Below are positions 49,029 to 60,904 of a stretch of 64,000 nt of DNA, piece after piece; position 1 is the stretch's first letter; the number at the start of each line of letters is the position of its first letter. The notes beneath the pieces are model-generated. The model saw nothing but the letters and a program-made list of their open reading frames with translations, was not told the origin of the DNA and did not search any database. The stretch is from Hydrurus foetidus (taxonomy: Eukaryota). The stretch lies in assembly GCA_900617105.1 (NCBI GenBank), contig UYFQ01000001.1, forward strand, positions 3,782,001 through 3,846,000. Direction: 5' to 3'. Made by a program: the position numbers and the translations under genes.

Positions 49029-50196
49029 TTTAGCCCAGTGGCTGCAATCGCTCTCCCCAGAATTCGGCTCGTTTCGAGTTTTTCAGTACTTGACTTTTCG
49101 CGCAGTGATGGCGGCGCTAACGGCCTTGCTGATTGGTTTGGTGGCGGGCCCGTTTGTTATACGCCGACTGATTGCGTTGAAGATTGGTCAGCCTATCCGC
49201 ACCTACGCGATGCAAACCCACATGGCCAAGTCTGGTACGCCAACGATGGGTGGCGTGCTGATTTTGCTGTCAATCGCTATTGCCACTTTGCTGTGGGCCG
49301 ATTTATCAAACCGCTTCGTCTGGATTGTGCTGATCGTGACGCTTGGTTTTGGCGCTATTGGTTGGGCAGACGACTGGCGCAAAGTCGTTCACAAGGATCC
49401 CGAAGGTATGCGATCGCGTGAAAAATACCTGTGGCAATCAGCCATCGGTCTGACTGCGGCGCTCTACTTGGTTTTTAGTATTTCGGAAAGCTCGAACACA
49501 CGCGTGTTGGGACTTTTTATAAGTTGGGTGCAATCAGGTTTTGATGTGAACTTGCCACCGAAAGCCGGGTTGCTTGTGCCATTTGTCAAAGAAGTCAGCT
49601 ACCCGTTGGGCGTATTCGGTTTCGTTATATTGACCTATCTGGTGATAGTTGGTTCCAGCAACGCGGTGAACCTAACCGATGGACTTGACGGACTTGCCAT
49701 CATGCCCGTGGTGATGGTTGGCTCGGCTTTGGGAATCTTTGCTTACGTGACCGGAAGCGCAGTTTTTTCAAAGTACCTTTTCTTCCCGCATATTCCCGGT
49801 TCTGGTGAGTTGTTGATTTTTTGTGCGGCTATGGCCGGCAGCGGCTTGGCGTTTTTGTGGTTCAACACGCACCCTGCGCAAGTGTTCATGGGCGATGTCG
49901 GCGCACTTGCACTGGGTGCGGCATTAGGCACCATTGCCGTCATTGTTCGACAGGAAATTGTGCTGGCGATCATGGGCGGCATTTTTGTGGTCGAGGCGTT
50001 GTCCGTGATGCTTCAGGTGGTGTACTTCAAATACACCAGAAAACGTTTCGGTACGGGGCGTCGAATTTTAAAAATGGCCCCGCTGCATCACCATTTTGAA
50101 AAGAGTGGCTGGCAAGAAACTCAGGTCGTCGTGCGCTTCTGGATCATCACCATGCTTTTGTGCCTGGTGGGTCTGTCAACTCTCAAGCTCAGATGA
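49018..50196 (+). CDS. mraY: Phospho-MurNAc-pentapeptide transferase
   Basis: [23 protein letters not shown] and APLHHHFE. Confidence 0.97.
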   Translation: MLLNLAQWLQSLSPEFGSFRVFQYLTFRAVMAALTALLIGLVAGPFVIRRLIALKIGQPIRTYAMQTHMAKSGTPTMGGVLILLSIAIATLLWADLSNRFVWIVLIVTLGFGAIGWADDWRKVVHKDPEGMRSREKYLWQSAIGLTAALYLVFSISESSNTRVLGLFISWVQSGFDVNLPPKAGLLVPFVKEVSYPLGVFGFVILTYLVIVGSSNAVNLTDGLDGLAIMPVVMVGSALGIFAYVTGSAVFSKYLFFPHIPGSGELLIFCAAMAGSGLAFLWFNTHPAQVFMGDVGALALGAALGTIAVIVRQEIVLAIMGGIFVVEALSVMLQVVYFKYTRKRFGTGRRILKMAPLHHHFEKSGWQETQVVVRFWIITMLLCLVGLSTLKLR

Positions 50197-51695
50197 AAAA
50201 CCTGCTGAGTAAAAATGTGCTGGTGCTCGGTTTAGGCCATTCCGGGCTTGCGCTCGCGCGCTGGTGCGCCCGGTCAGGAGCCAGCGTAACTGTCGCTGAC
50301 TCACGCGCTTTGCCGCCACAGCTCGCTGCTCTTCGGGCTGAATTGCCCCAAGTAGTTTTTGCCAATGCTGCGCTTGATCGTGCGCTGTTTGAGTCGACCG
50401 AATTCGACATGGTCCTCAAGAGCCCAGGCCTTAGTCCAGCCAGCCTTTCGTCTCTTGTTGGTGCGGCTGCCGCCAGAGGAACCGCACTTGGAAACGAGCT
50501 CAGCCTTTTTTCGCAGGTACTGTTGGAGCTGAAAGCCGAGCGCGGCTACGCCCCTGAAGTTATCGGCATCACCGGGACTAACGGAAAAACAACGGTGACT
50601 GCTCTCACCACGCAACTTATCGAACGTGCCGGAAAAACTGTCGCAATGGCGGGCAACATTGGCCCTACCTTGCTGGACACCCTGGCTAGCCACCTTGACG
50701 CATCGTCGCTGCCAGACGCCTGGGTGTTGGAGCTTTCCAGTTTTCAACTTGATGGTGTCGATACGTTCGAGCCAACGGTAGCGACCTTGCTTAATATCTC
50801 CCAAGATCACTTGGATTGGCATGAAACGCATGCCGCTTACGTCGCCGCAAAGGCAAACGTGTTTGGGAGGTCAGGCGTTATGTTGCTCAACCGCGATGAC
50901 CCGCAGGTTATGGGTGCCAAGCCAGTCGACGTCAAAGCAAAGCCGCAAAGAAAATACGTAACCTTCGGTATCGACGCACCGCAGCGTCCAGGTGACTACG
51001 GCATCGACACCTCGAGCGGTATGTCTTGGCTGGTGCGTGCTGCGGAGCTCGACGAATCCATCAAGCTCAAGCGCGGAAACAAAGGCGAAGCGGCTGAGCT
51101 ATTTATTCAGCGGCTGATGCCGATCGAGGCACTGCGCATTTCTGGTTTGCACAATGCTGCTAACGCCCTGGCAGCGCTGGCCTTGGCTACCGAAGCCGGT
51201 TGCGCAATGGCGCCCCTGTTACATGGTCTTCGCGACTATCGAGGCGAGCCGCATCGCGTGCAATCGGTGGGCATCATTGATGACATCGAATACTTTGACG
51301 ACAGCAAGGGAACCAATGTCGGCGCCACCGTTGCCGCTGTTACCGGCCTTGGCGTGAATCGTAAGCTGGTGCTCATTTTGGGCGGTATCGGCAAGGGTCA
51401 AGATTTTTCTCCGTTGATCGAACCTGCCGCGCGCTACGCGCGGGCCGTCATATTTCTCGGGCGAGACGCGCCGCTTATTCGACTCGCACTTGCCGAGTTG
51501 TCAATCGTGATGGTGGATGCGGTTTCCATGGAACACGCGGTTAGCCTTGCGGCTGAGCATGCCTTGCCGGGTGATGCAGTATTGATGTCGCCAGCTTGTG
51601 CCAGCTTTGATATGTTTGAGAACTACGAGCAACGGGCTCACGCATTTTGTGAAGCGGTGCGGGCACTGGCAGCAGACAGTGGGGTTGCCCTGTGA
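50193..51695 (+). CDS. murD: UDP-MurNAc-L-Ala:D-Glu ligase
   Basis: [27 protein letters not shown] and [12 protein letters not shown] overlap with mraY. Confidence 0.96.
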   Translation: MKNLLSKNVLVLGLGHSGLALARWCARSGASVTVADSRALPPQLAALRAELPQVVFANAALDRALFESTEFDMVLKSPGLSPASLSSLVGAAAARGTALGNELSLFSQVLLELKAERGYAPEVIGITGTNGKTTVTALTTQLIERAGKTVAMAGNIGPTLLDTLASHLDASSLPDAWVLELSSFQLDGVDTFEPTVATLLNISQDHLDWHETHAAYVAAKANVFGRSGVMLLNRDDPQVMGAKPVDVKAKPQRKYVTFGIDAPQRPGDYGIDTSSGMSWLVRAAELDESIKLKRGNKGEAAELFIQRLMPIEALRISGLHNAANALAALALATEAGCAMAPLLHGLRDYRGEPHRVQSVGIIDDIEYFDDSKGTNVGATVAAVTGLGVNRKLVLILGGIGKGQDFSPLIEPAARYARAVIFLGRDAPLIRLALAELSIVMVDAVSMEHAVSLAAEHALPGDAVLMSPACASFDMFENYEQRAHAFCEAVRALAADSGVAL

Positions 51696-52966
51696 TGTTG
51701 TCTCGCGCGCTCTCTTTTTTCAGCGGCCCCCGGCGTGGCGCGGCAGGCATTGGTGATGATGCCGCTGGCGTGGTTTTGCCTGTCCGATTGGGCGTGCAAC
51801 GAACGGGTCGTACTCGGGCTGCTTCTGTCAATGTGGTTGGTTTTGATCAGGCGCTGCTTTGGGTCGCGGTGGCGTTGTTGATGTTTGGCTTGGTCATGGT
51901 TTATTCGGCATCTGTTGCCATGCCTGACAACCCTAAATTTGCTCGCTACGCCCATACCCACTTTCTTTTCCGGCACGTGATCTCGCTGGTGGTGGCAATA
52001 CTGGCGGCCTACCTGGCTTTTCAGATACCTGTTGCCACTTGGGAAAAATTTGCTCCTTGGCTGTTTGTCGTGTCACTGCTCCTGCTGGTGTTGGTGCTGG
52101 TGCCGTTTATTGGCAAAGGCGTCAACGGCGCCCGTCGCTGGATTACTTTGGGGTTCATGAACTTCCAGCCCTCTGAGCTTGCAAAGTTCGCGGTGCTGCT
52201 TTACGCCGCCGATTACATGGTGCGCAAGATGGAAGTCAAAGAACGATTTTTCCGTGCAGTAATGCCAATGGCTATTGCAATTGGCGTAGTAGGCCTGCTG
52301 TTGCTGGCGGAGCCCGATATGGGCGCTTTCATGGTGATTTCAGTTATCGCGATGGGGATTCTCTTTTTAGGCGGTGTCAATGCTCGAATGTTCTTCGTTA
52401 TTGCGCTGGTAGTCGTAGTGGCGTTTGGGCTGATGGTGATGTTGAGCGACTGGCGGCGTGAGCGAATCTTTGCCTACCTTGATCCTTGGAGTGAAAAGTA
52501 TTCGATGGGCAAGGGGTATCAGCTGTCCCACTCCCTGATTGCCTTTGGCCGAGGTGAAATTTTTGGTGTGGGACTTGGCGGCAGCGTGGAAAAACTGCAT
52601 TGGTTGCCGGAGGCGCACACGGACTTTTTAATGGCGGTGATAGGCGAAGAGTTTGGCTTGGTGGGCGTGTTGGTGGTCATTGGATTGTTCCTGTGGATGG
52701 TCAGACGCATCATGCACATTGGCCGCCAGTCGATCGCATTGGACAGGCTGTTTGCAGGTTTGACGGCACAAGGCATTGCCATCTGGATTGGTTTTCAGAC
52801 ATTCATCAATATTGGCGTCAATCTCGGTGCATTACCTACCAAAGGGCTGACCCTGCCCTTGATGAGCTACGGTGGTTCGGCGATCTTGATGAATTTAATT
52901 TCATTAGCAGTGGTGCTGCGGATTGACTATGAAAATCGACTGCTGATGCGGGGGGCGCGGGCGTGA
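51692..52966 (+). CDS. ftsW: SEDS peptidoglycan polymerase FtsW
   Basis: [20 protein letters not shown] and SYGGS. Confidence 0.96.
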   Translation: MMLSRALSFFSGPRRGAAGIGDDAAGVVLPVRLGVQRTGRTRAASVNVVGFDQALLWVAVALLMFGLVMVYSASVAMPDNPKFARYAHTHFLFRHVISLVVAILAAYLAFQIPVATWEKFAPWLFVVSLLLLVLVLVPFIGKGVNGARRWITLGFMNFQPSELAKFAVLLYAADYMVRKMEVKERFFRAVMPMAIAIGVVGLLLLAEPDMGAFMVISVIAMGILFLGGVNARMFFVIALVVVVAFGLMVMLSDWRRERIFAYLDPWSEKYSMGKGYQLSHSLIAFGRGEIFGVGLGGSVEKLHWLPEAHTDFLMAVIGEEFGLVGVLVVIGLFLWMVRRIMHIGRQSIALDRLFAGLTAQGIAIWIGFQTFINIGVNLGALPTKGLTLPLMSYGGSAILMNLISLAVVLRIDYENRLLMRGARA

Positions 52967-54039
52967 ACACTCCCTGTGCATTAATCATGGCGGGTGGCAC
53001 TGGCGGCCATATTTTCCCTGGGTTAGCTGTGGCTGAAGCCTTGCGCGACAAGGGGTGGCGCGTGCACTGGCTAGGCGCAAAAGGAAGCCCTGGCCAGCCG
53101 AGCATGGAAAGCCAGCTTGTTCCGCTGCGGGGTTTTGCTTTTGAATCGATTGAGTTTTCGGGTGTCCGCGGAAAAGGGCCACTGACGCTGGCCTTGTTAC
53201 CGCTGCGTCTGCTCAAAGCGTTTTGGCAAAGCATTCAAGTGCTTAGGCGCGTTAAGCCTTCGGTAGTGGTCGGTTTAGGTGGCTACATCGCGTTTCCAGC
53301 TGGCATGATGAGTGTTCTGCTCGGCAAGCCCCTGGTTTTGCATGAACAAAATTCAGTTGCTGGAATGGTCAATCGGGTACTTGCTACCGTGGCTGACAAG
53401 GTGTTTTTGGCATTTCCAGGTGCACTTAAAAACGGCGAGTGGATTGGTAACCCCATGCGCCAAGGTTTTACTACGCAGCCGTCACCTGACGAACGATTCC
53501 TTGGCCGAACAGGGTCTTTGCGAGTTTTGGTGGTGGGCGGAAGTCTGGGCGCGAGAGGCTTGAACAGTGTGGTTCCGCAAGCGCTGGCTTTGATTCCCGA
53601 AGCGCAGCGTCCAATCGTTACTCACCAAAGTGGCGCTAAACAAATTGATGAACTGCGTGCCAATTACCTTTCCGCAGGTGTCAACGCCTCGCTGACTCCC
53701 TTCATTGACGATACCGCGACTGCTTTTGCTCAGGCTGATCTGGTGATTTGTCGCGCCGGGGCAAGCACCGTAACGGAGATCGCCGCTGTGGGAGCCGCCG
53801 CTTTGTTTGTACCGTTCCCGGCAGCAGTGGACGACCACCAAACTACCAACGCTAAATTCTTGGTCGACCAAGGCGGCGGTTGGCTTATTCAACAGAAAAA
53901 TTTGACCGCTGAGTTACTTGCAGATATGCTACAAAAAACAGAGCGATCAGCGCTTTTAAAACAGGCGGTGCAGGCTAAAAAGATGCAGAAAATTGATGCC
54001 ACAGCACGAATCGTCGAAGTATGTGAGGCGTTTGCATGA
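52963..54039 (+). CDS. murG: Lipid II GlcNAc transferase
   Basis: GGTGGH, HEQN, GGSLGA, RAGAST and DHQ..NA. Confidence 0.97.
   Translation: MNTPCALIMAGGTGGHIFPGLAVAEALRDKGWRVHWLGAKGSPGQPSMESQLVPLRGFAFESIEFSGVRGKGPLTLALLPLRLLKAFWQSIQVLRRVKPSVVVGLGGYIAFPAGMMSVLLGKPLVLHEQNSVAGMVNRVLATVADKVFLAFPGALKNGEWIGNPMRQGFTTQPSPDERFLGRTGSLRVLVVGGSLGARGLNSVVPQALALIPEAQRPIVTHQSGAKQIDELRANYLSAGVNASLTPFIDDTATAFAQADLVICRAGASTVTEIAAVGAAALFVPFPAAVDDHQTTNAKFLVDQGGGWLIQQKNLTAELLADMLQKTERSALLKQAVQAKKMQKIDATARIVEVCEAFA
53927..53982 (-). repeat. Dispersed element, degenerate copy 9, inside the murG 3' end
   Basis: ctttttagcctgcaccgcctgttttaaaagcgctgatcgctctgttttttgtagca; aligns without gaps but is the most diverged copy. 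Confidence 0.5.
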
Positions 54040-55469
54040 AGCACGCAGTTAATCACATTCACTTCATCGGCATCGGTGGCTCAGGCATGTCAGGCATTGC
54101 CGAAGTGCTGCACAACCTTGGTTATGTGATTTCTGGATCAGATTTGTCAGACAGCGCACCTTTGCGTCGACTTGCTGCCTTGGGCGTAAAAACCTTTGTC
54201 GGTCACGCTGCTGAAAACCTCGCTTCGGTTGATGCGGTGGTGACGTCCACCGCACTTCAAGCCGATAACCCAGAAGTCGTGGCCGCGCGGGAAAAGCGTA
54301 TACCAGTGGTTCCACGCGCAATGATGCTTGCCGAGCTAATGCGGCTCAAGCGCGGCATTGCGATTGCTGGCACACACGGCAAAACCACCACCACCAGCCT
54401 GGTCGCCAGCATTTTGGCGGAAGGCGGGCTAGATCCCACTTACGTGATTGGCGGCCGTTTGAACAGTGCTGGCGCTAACGCAAAGCTGGGCGCGGGTGAC
54501 TACATCGTGGTGGAAGCCGATGAATCTGATGCATCGTTTTTAAACCTGCTGCCCGTGATGGCAGTGGTCACCAATATTGATGCTGACCACATGGAGACCT
54601 ATGGGCACGACTTTGAAAACTTGAAAAAGGCGTTCGTAGAGTTTTTGCATCGCATGCCGTTTTACGGCACAGCCATTTTGTGCACAGACGACGCCGCAAT
54701 ACGCGAAATTCTGCCGCTGGTGACTTGTCCTGTCACGAGTTACGGCTTTGGCGAAAGCGCAGAAGTTCGGGCGGTTAACGTTCGCCACGTCGGAGGGCAA
54801 ATGCACTTTATTGCCCAGCGCCGAAATGGCGTTGTGTTGCCAGACCTCGACGTAGTGCTTAACCTGGCTGGTGAGCACAACGTGCTCAATGCACTGTCAG
54901 CCATCGCAGTCGCCGTTGAACTGAACGTGCCTGATGCGGCGGTGCAAAAAGCGCTGGCAGAGTTCAAGGGAGTAGGGCGCCGTTTTCAAAGCTATGGCGA
55001 GCTGCCAGCACTTGGCGGTGGAAAGTTCACGTTGATTGAGGATTATGGTCACCACCCAGTAGAAATGGCCGCAACGCTGGCAGCAGCGCGCGGCGCATTT
55101 CCCGGCAGTCGCCTGGTGCTGGCATTTCAGCCGCACCGCTACAGCCGCACCCGCGATTGTTTTGAGGATTTTGTCAAAGTAATTGGGCAAGCCGATGCGG
55201 TGCTGATCTCAGAAGTCTATGCAGCTGGCGAGCAGCCGATTGTTGCTGCGGACGGTCGCGCGCTGGCCCGAGCAGTGCGTGTTGCAGGCAAGATTGAGCC
55301 CCTTTTTGTTGATGCGATTGAGGCCATGCCGCAAGCCATCATTGACAGCAGTCGCGCGGGTGATGTGGTGGTTTGTATGGGTGCAGGGTCTATCGGCGCC
55401 GTGCCGCAAAAAGTAGCAGATTTGCTATTAATAAAAGAGCGCCTTGCGCCCGTAAAGGTTGGGCTATGA
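54036..55469 (+). CDS. murC: UDP-MurNAc:L-Ala ligase
   Basis: [27 protein letters not shown] and FQPHRYSR. Confidence 0.97.
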   Translation: MKHAVNHIHFIGIGGSGMSGIAEVLHNLGYVISGSDLSDSAPLRRLAALGVKTFVGHAAENLASVDAVVTSTALQADNPEVVAAREKRIPVVPRAMMLAELMRLKRGIAIAGTHGKTTTTSLVASILAEGGLDPTYVIGGRLNSAGANAKLGAGDYIVVEADESDASFLNLLPVMAVVTNIDADHMETYGHDFENLKKAFVEFLHRMPFYGTAILCTDDAAIREILPLVTCPVTSYGFGESAEVRAVNVRHVGGQMHFIAQRRNGVVLPDLDVVLNLAGEHNVLNALSAIAVAVELNVPDAAVQKALAEFKGVGRRFQSYGELPALGGGKFTLIEDYGHHPVEMAATLAAARGAFPGSRLVLAFQPHRYSRTRDCFEDFVKVIGQADAVLISEVYAAGEQPIVAADGRALARAVRVAGKIEPLFVDAIEAMPQAIIDSSRAGDVVVCMGAGSIGAVPQKVADLLLIKERLAPVKVGL

Positions 55470-55478
55470 GCCAATTTA
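55423..55478 (-). repeat. Dispersed element, copy 10, spanning the murC stop and ddl start
   Basis: taaattggctcatagcccaacctttacgggcgcaaggcgctcttttattaatagca on minus strand. Confidence 0.85.
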
Positions 55479-56443
55479 ATGGTAACTTTGGCAAGGTAGC
55501 CGTGCTGATGGGCGGGAAGTCGGCAGAGCGAGAAGTCTCGTTGATGTCCGGTACCGGCGTATTGCAGGCGCTACGTGCCAGTGGTGTTGATGCGCACGCC
55601 TTTGACCCCTCAGAACGTGAAATGAGTGAACTCAAGGCGGAAGGCTATGCGCGTTGCTTCATTGCATTGCACGGCAGGTTTGGCGAGGACGGAACGGTTC
55701 AAGGAGCGCTTGAGCTTATGGGGATTGCCTACACCGGATCGGGCGTCATGGCATCTAGCATCGCTATTGACAAAGCCATGACCAAACGCGTTTTGATGTC
55801 GGCTGGTTTGCCGATGCCAAAGCATGTCATGCTCACCCGCGGTGCTTACACCTCAGCCGACACATCTGCAGCGATTCAAACGCTGGGCTTACCGCTTATT
55901 GTCAAACCGTCGCGTGAAGGTTCATCCCTCGGCTTGAGCCAAGTACAGACCGCAAACGACATGCTTGCTGCAGTGGACCGCGCTGCTGCCATGGACGCAG
56001 ATGTCTTGTGCGAGCAATTTATTGACGGAGATGAGGTCACTTGCCCGGTATTGGGTGCAGGCGATTCCGCCCGCGCCTTGCCGGTTATTCGTATCGTTGC
56101 TGCCGAGGGCAACTACGACTATCACAACAAATACTTTACTGACACCACTCAATATGTCGTGCCTTGCGGCTTGCCAGCAGGAGAAGAGCAAGCAATACAG
56201 AAAATGGTGGTCGATGCTTTCCGGTCTTTGGGTTGCCGCGGCTGGGCTCGGGCCGATGTCATGATTGACAAGCGAACCCGCAAACCCTATTTGCTGGAGA
56301 TCAACACCTCCCCAGGCATGACCAGTCATTCGCTGGTGCCAATGTCCGCTCGTGCGGCCGGCATGTCTTACGAGGCGCTTTGCCTTGAAATTCTAAAGTC
56401 AGCGTCGCTTGATTACCCAAGCAGTAGGGGGGTGGGCGCATGA
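55466..56443 (+). CDS. ddl: D-Ala-D-Ala ligase
   Basis: [30 protein letters not shown] and EINTSPG; ATGA overlap with murC. Confidence 0.96.
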   Translation: MSQFNGNFGKVAVLMGGKSAEREVSLMSGTGVLQALRASGVDAHAFDPSEREMSELKAEGYARCFIALHGRFGEDGTVQGALELMGIAYTGSGVMASSIAIDKAMTKRVLMSAGLPMPKHVMLTRGAYTSADTSAAIQTLGLPLIVKPSREGSSLGLSQVQTANDMLAAVDRAAAMDADVLCEQFIDGDEVTCPVLGAGDSARALPVIRIVAAEGNYDYHNKYFTDTTQYVVPCGLPAGEEQAIQKMVVDAFRSLGCRGWARADVMIDKRTRKPYLLEINTSPGMTSHSLVPMSARAAGMSYEALCLEILKSASLDYPSSRGVGA

Positions 56444-57243
56444 CGCGTGCTTTGCCCTTGTCGGCGCCCCTTCCGGCAGATGTCAAGTTGATGAACTTGG
56501 CTACCCTGCTGCTTGGCGTGTCGTTGTGCGCACTGGCGTTGACAGCGGTTGTGTCTTGGTTAATGCGCCAGTCCTTGTTTAACCTGGGCGCCATCACCGT
56601 ACAAGGCGACATGGCGCATAACAACGCAGTGACCCTGCGGGCAAATGTTGCGCCGCGACTGACGGGCAATTTTTTCACGGTGGATTTAAATCGCTCACGA
56701 TCTGTGTTTGAGTCGGCGCCTTGGGTTCGCCAAGCCGTTGTGCAGCGTCAGTTTCCGAATCGTTTGAAGGTGGTATTGCAAGAACACCGTGCAGAAGCGC
56801 TATGGGGACCCGAAGGCGACGCTCGGCTATTGAACAACTTCGGCGAAATTTTTGAAGCTAATCAAGATGAGGTCGATGCAGTGGACTTGCCGCAGCTGAA
56901 TGGTCCGCTGGGTCAAGCGCCTCTGGTGCTCCAGGCTTATCGGCAGTTGTCTCCCCATTTTGAAAAACTTGACGTTGCCATTGAGCGGCTTGAACTCACT
57001 GGGCAAGGAAGTTGGCGCGCCAAGCTGGACAGCGGTGCAGAGCTGGAGTTGGGCCAGGGATCTTTAGTTGACATTGATGTGCGCACCCAGCGCTTTGTTA
57101 CCACTTTGACCCAGGTGTCGAGTCGATACGGCAAAGACCTTGAATCGGCCGACCTTCGCTACAGCAACGGTTATGCCGTGAAGCTGCGCGGGGTTACCAC
57201 GCTTAACCCTGGCGACAAAGAAGACAAAAAAGTAAAAAGGTAA
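56440..57243 (+). CDS. ftsQ: Cell division protein FtsQ
   Basis: TM, POTRA (PWVR.A.V.RQFP) and DLRYSNG. Confidence 0.93.
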   Translation: MTRALPLSAPLPADVKLMNLATLLLGVSLCALALTAVVSWLMRQSLFNLGAITVQGDMAHNNAVTLRANVAPRLTGNFFTVDLNRSRSVFESAPWVRQAVVQRQFPNRLKVVLQEHRAEALWGPEGDARLLNNFGEIFEANQDEVDAVDLPQLNGPLGQAPLVLQAYRQLSPHFEKLDVAIERLELTGQGSWRAKLDSGAELELGQGSLVDIDVRTQRFVTTLTQVSSRYGKDLESADLRYSNGYAVKLRGVTTLNPGDKEDKKVKR

Positions 57244-57247
57244 AGCT

Positions 57248-58477
57248 ATGGCCAAAGAATACAAAGATCTGGTGGTGGGGTTAGACATTGGAACCAGCAA
57301 AGTCATGGTGGTGGTTGCCGAGGTGATGCCGGGCGGAGAGCTCAAGCTGGCAGGCTTGGGTATTGCCGCCAGCAACGGCTTGAAGCGTGGTGTGGTCGTC
57401 AATATCGATGCGACTGTTCAGAGCATTCAGCAGGCGCTTAAAGAAGCCGAATTGATGGCGGACTGCAAAATTTCGCGTGTCTATACCGGCATCACTGGCA
57501 GTCATATTCGGGGCATCAATTCAAGTGGCATGGTCGCCGTGAAAGACAAAGAAGTAACGCAAGCCGACGTGGCTCGCGTGATCGAAACCGCCAAGGCAGT
57601 CAACATCTCGACCGACCAACGCTTGCTGCTGGTTGAGCCGCAAGAGTTCGTGATCGACGGCCAGGATGTGCGCGAACCCATCGGCATGAGTGGCATCCGT
57701 CTGGAGGCGAAAGTGCACATCGTCACTGGTGCGCAAAGTGCGGCCGAAAATATTATCAAGTGCGTTCGGCGCTGCGGCCTGGAAGTTGATCAGTTGATGT
57801 TGAACCCGCTGGCGTCAAGCCTGGCGGTGCTAACCCAAGACGAGCAAGAGCTTGGGGTAGCGCTGGTAGACATCGGCGCCGGTACAACTGATGTGGCAAT
57901 TTTTACTGGCGGCGCTATTCGCCATACCGCCGTGATTCCGATTGCCGGAGACTTGATCACCAGTGACATCGCCATGGCTTTGCGCACACCGACCAAAGAT
58001 GCAGAAGATATAAAAGTTGAAAGCGGTTTTGCCAAACAGTTACTGGCAGACCCTGACACGCAGGTTGAGGTTCCGGGCTTGGGAGACCGAGCGCCCCGGA
58101 TGCTCAGTAAGCAAGCGCTGGCTGGCGTGATTGAGCCGCGTATTGAAGAAATTTATCAGTTGGTGCAGCAAGTCATTCGCGAGTCTGGCTATGAAGAAGT
58201 GTTGTCGTCAGGCATCGTGATTACCGGTGGCAGTGCGGTTATGCCCGGCATGGTGGAGCTTGGTGAAGACATTTTTCTCAAACCCGTCAGGCGCGGAATT
58301 CCTCGTTATTCAAACTCTTTGCACGACATGGTGGCGCAGGCGCGTGCGGCAACAGTCATGGGCTTGCTCGAGGAAGCACGCCTGGCGCGCATGCGTGGCT
58401 ACAAGGTGTCGCAAAAAGCGGGCAGCGTACACAACGCTTTTGGACGAGTCAAAGACTGGTTCGTCGGCAACTTTTGA
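57248..58477 (+). CDS. ftsA: Cell division protein FtsA
   Basis: GLDIGTSK, DIGAGTT and ITGG. Confidence 0.97.
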   Translation: MAKEYKDLVVGLDIGTSKVMVVVAEVMPGGELKLAGLGIAASNGLKRGVVVNIDATVQSIQQALKEAELMADCKISRVYTGITGSHIRGINSSGMVAVKDKEVTQADVARVIETAKAVNISTDQRLLLVEPQEFVIDGQDVREPIGMSGIRLEAKVHIVTGAQSAAENIIKCVRRCGLEVDQLMLNPLASSLAVLTQDEQELGVALVDIGAGTTDVAIFTGGAIRHTAVIPIAGDLITSDIAMALRTPTKDAEDIKVESGFAKQLLADPDTQVEVPGLGDRAPRMLSKQALAGVIEPRIEEIYQLVQQVIRESGYEEVLSSGIVITGGSAVMPGMVELGEDIFLKPVRRGIPRYSNSLHDMVAQARAATVMGLLEEARLARMRGYKVSQKAGSVHNAFGRVKDWFVGNF

Positions 58478-58488
58478 CGCGTATTGAT

Positions 58489-58588
58489 ATGAAGCACTAC
58501 CCATGAAACATTACCCACTTTTTGTTCCCACCGCACCGCCACACACCCGGTCAGGAGGCGCTGATCCGCCCTCATGAACACCTACCCA
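58489..58588 (+). repeat. Three copies of ATGAA-N3-YTACCCA in the ftsA-ftsZ spacer
   Basis: atgaagcactaccca 58489, atgaaacattaccca 58503, atgaacacctaccca 58574. Confidence 0.7.
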
Positions 58589-58654
58589 ACTCTCAATGTA
58601 AAACAAAAACGTATTTTTTAGGCAACTGCAAATTAACTGAACAGGAGGCTCCCC

Positions 58655-59890
58655 ATGAGCATCGAAATGATTGAAGTCGAAGAGTTCAACCAAGGCACAC
58701 AAATCAAGGTGATTGGTGTCGGCGGCGGCGGCGGCAATGCTGTCGGCCACATGATTGCCTGTGGCGTGCAAGGCGTGGAGTTCATCTGCGCCAACACCGA
58801 CGCGCAGGCACTGACGCGCGGTAGCGCACACAAAACCATTCAGCTGGGCGGCAGTGGGCTGGGCGCGGGTAGCAAGCCAGACAAAGGCCGCGACGCGGCT
58901 GAAATGGCGGTTGACGATATTCGCGCGGCCATTGATGGCGCGCACATGCTGTTTATCACCGCCGGTATGGGCGGCGGTACTGGCACAGGTGCCGCACCAG
59001 TCATTGCCCGTATCGCCAAGGAAATGGGCATTTTGACCGTGGGTGTGGTCACCAAACCATTTGAGTTTGAAGGCGGCCGGCGCATGACCAATGCGGACCT
59101 GGGGCTGGCCGAGCTGGAAGCGAATGTCGATTCATTGATCGTTGTGCTCAATGAAAAGCTGCTTGAAGTCCTGGGCGAAGAAGTAACCCAAGATGAAGCT
59201 TTTGCGCACGCTAACGACGTGCTCAAAAACGCGGTGGGTGGTATTGCCGAGATCATCAATGAATACGGCAACGTCAACGTCGACTTTGAAGACGTACGCA
59301 CCGTGATGGGCGAGCCGGGCAAAGCCATGATGGGTACCGCAGTAGCCAGCGGTCCTGACCGCGCCCGCATAGCAGCCGAGCAAGCTGTGGCTTGCCCGCT
59401 GCTTGAAGGTATCGATCTGTCGGGTGCCAAAGGCGTTCTGGTGTTGGTCACTGCCGCTAAAGGCTCGCTCAAGTTGAGCGAGTCCAAGCTGGCCATGAAC
59501 ACCATTCGTGCCTATGCATCTCCTGATGCGCATGTCATCTATGGCGCTGCTTATGACGACAAGTTGGGCGAAGACATTCGCGTGACCGTTGTGGCGACAG
59601 GCCTCAGCCGGCAAGGAGTTCGCCGCCACGCGCCGCCGCTGCAGGTATTGCGCACGGGCACTGACAATGTGCCATTCAATGTGCCCACGCTCAATGCAGT
59701 CGCTGGTATGGGCATGTCGGGTCAACCGTCAATGGGTTCTGGTTCCGGCCAGCCCGACTACGGCAATATGTCGGTGCCAAGCGTGTGGCGTACCAACCGC
59801 ACGCAAGCAGCTGCCAAAGTGGACGCGCTGGCCTCTGGCGGTATGGATGACTTTGAAATCCCGGCATTTCTCAGAAAACAGGCAGACTGA
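58655..59890 (+). CDS. ftsZ: Cell division protein FtsZ
   Basis: GGGTGTG, NVDFED and C-terminal IPAFLRKQAD. Confidence 0.99.
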   Translation: MSIEMIEVEEFNQGTQIKVIGVGGGGGNAVGHMIACGVQGVEFICANTDAQALTRGSAHKTIQLGGSGLGAGSKPDKGRDAAEMAVDDIRAAIDGAHMLFITAGMGGGTGTGAAPVIARIAKEMGILTVGVVTKPFEFEGGRRMTNADLGLAELEANVDSLIVVLNEKLLEVLGEEVTQDEAFAHANDVLKNAVGGIAEIINEYGNVNVDFEDVRTVMGEPGKAMMGTAVASGPDRARIAAEQAVACPLLEGIDLSGAKGVLVLVTAAKGSLKLSESKLAMNTIRAYASPDAHVIYGAAYDDKLGEDIRVTVVATGLSRQGVRRHAPPLQVLRTGTDNVPFNVPTLNAVAGMGMSGQPSMGSGSGQPDYGNMSVPSVWRTNRTQAAAKVDALASGGMDDFEIPAFLRKQAD

Positions 59891-59966
59891 CTGTAAGACT
59901 GCGCCCTTTGCCACAGGCAGAGGGCGTGGAAAACCTTGGGCATTCGGGAAAACTTAAAATACAGGC

Positions 59967-60890
59967 ATGCTTGCCCAGCGAACTCTTAAAACACTTACCA
60001 AAGCGGTAGGTGTCGGCCTGCACAGCGGCCAGCGCGTCGAGCTCACGCTTAGGCCCGCTGCGGCGGACACGGGCATCGTGTTTCGGCGGGTTGACCTGCC
60101 GCAACCGGTTGATATTGCAGTGTCTGCCATCGCCGTCACTGACACTAGACTGGCCTCTACCGTTTCAAACGGCAGCGCCAAAGTACTCACAGTTGAACAC
60201 CTGATGTCTGCCTGTGCGGGTCTCGGCATTGACAATATGTATGTCGACATCACGGCCGAGGAAGTTCCCATCCTGGATGGGTCGGCATCGTCATTTGTTT
60301 TTTTGTTGCAATCTGCAGGCATTCAATTGCAAAACGCTCCTAAGCGTTTCATCAGGGTTTTGAAAACCGTAGAAGTACGTGAAGGCGAAGGCCCCACCAC
60401 CAAGTGGGCACGTTTTACGCCCTACGAAGGCTACAAGCTTGGTTTTGAAATTGAGTTTGACCATCCTGCGGTAGATTCAACTGGCCAATGCGTTGAATTT
60501 GACATGAGCACGGGCTCTTACACCAGAGACATCGCCAGAGCCCGCACGTTTGGTTTCACCAAAGACGTCGAAATGATGCGCGCTAATGGCTTGGCGATGG
60601 GGGGCGGCTTGGACAACGCCATCGTGATGGACGACTACAAAGTGCTCAATACCGAGGGTCTTCGGTACAACGACGAGTTCGTGAAGCACAAAATTCTGGA
60701 CGCCATGGGCGACTTGCACTTGTTGGGTAAACCACTGCTGGCGGCATACAGCGCGTTTCGCTCTGGGCACGCGCTTAACAACAAGCTGCTGCGCGAGCTT
60801 TTGTCCCGCCCCGACGCCTATGAAGTTGTCACCTTTGACGATGAAAAGCGTGCGCCACGCGGCTTTGCCACGCTGGCGCGTGCCTGGTAG
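59967..60890 (+). CDS. lpxC: UDP-3-O-acyl-GlcNAc deacetylase
   Basis: [19 protein letters not shown] and HKILD. Confidence 0.98.
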   Translation: MLAQRTLKTLTKAVGVGLHSGQRVELTLRPAAADTGIVFRRVDLPQPVDIAVSAIAVTDTRLASTVSNGSAKVLTVEHLMSACAGLGIDNMYVDITAEEVPILDGSASSFVFLLQSAGIQLQNAPKRFIRVLKTVEVREGEGPTTKWARFTPYEGYKLGFEIEFDHPAVDSTGQCVEFDMSTGSYTRDIARARTFGFTKDVEMMRANGLAMGGGLDNAIVMDDYKVLNTEGLRYNDEFVKHKILDAMGDLHLLGKPLLAAYSAFRSGHALNNKLLRELLSRPDAYEVVTFDDEKRAPRGFATLARAW

Positions 60891-60904
60891 GCAAGGGGTA
60901 CGGC

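Noticed and set aside
46129..56443. Apparently more A/T-ending codons in the mur genes as a sign of horizontal transfer
   Set aside because: Impression only, not computed; canonical dcw order argues for vertical inheritance
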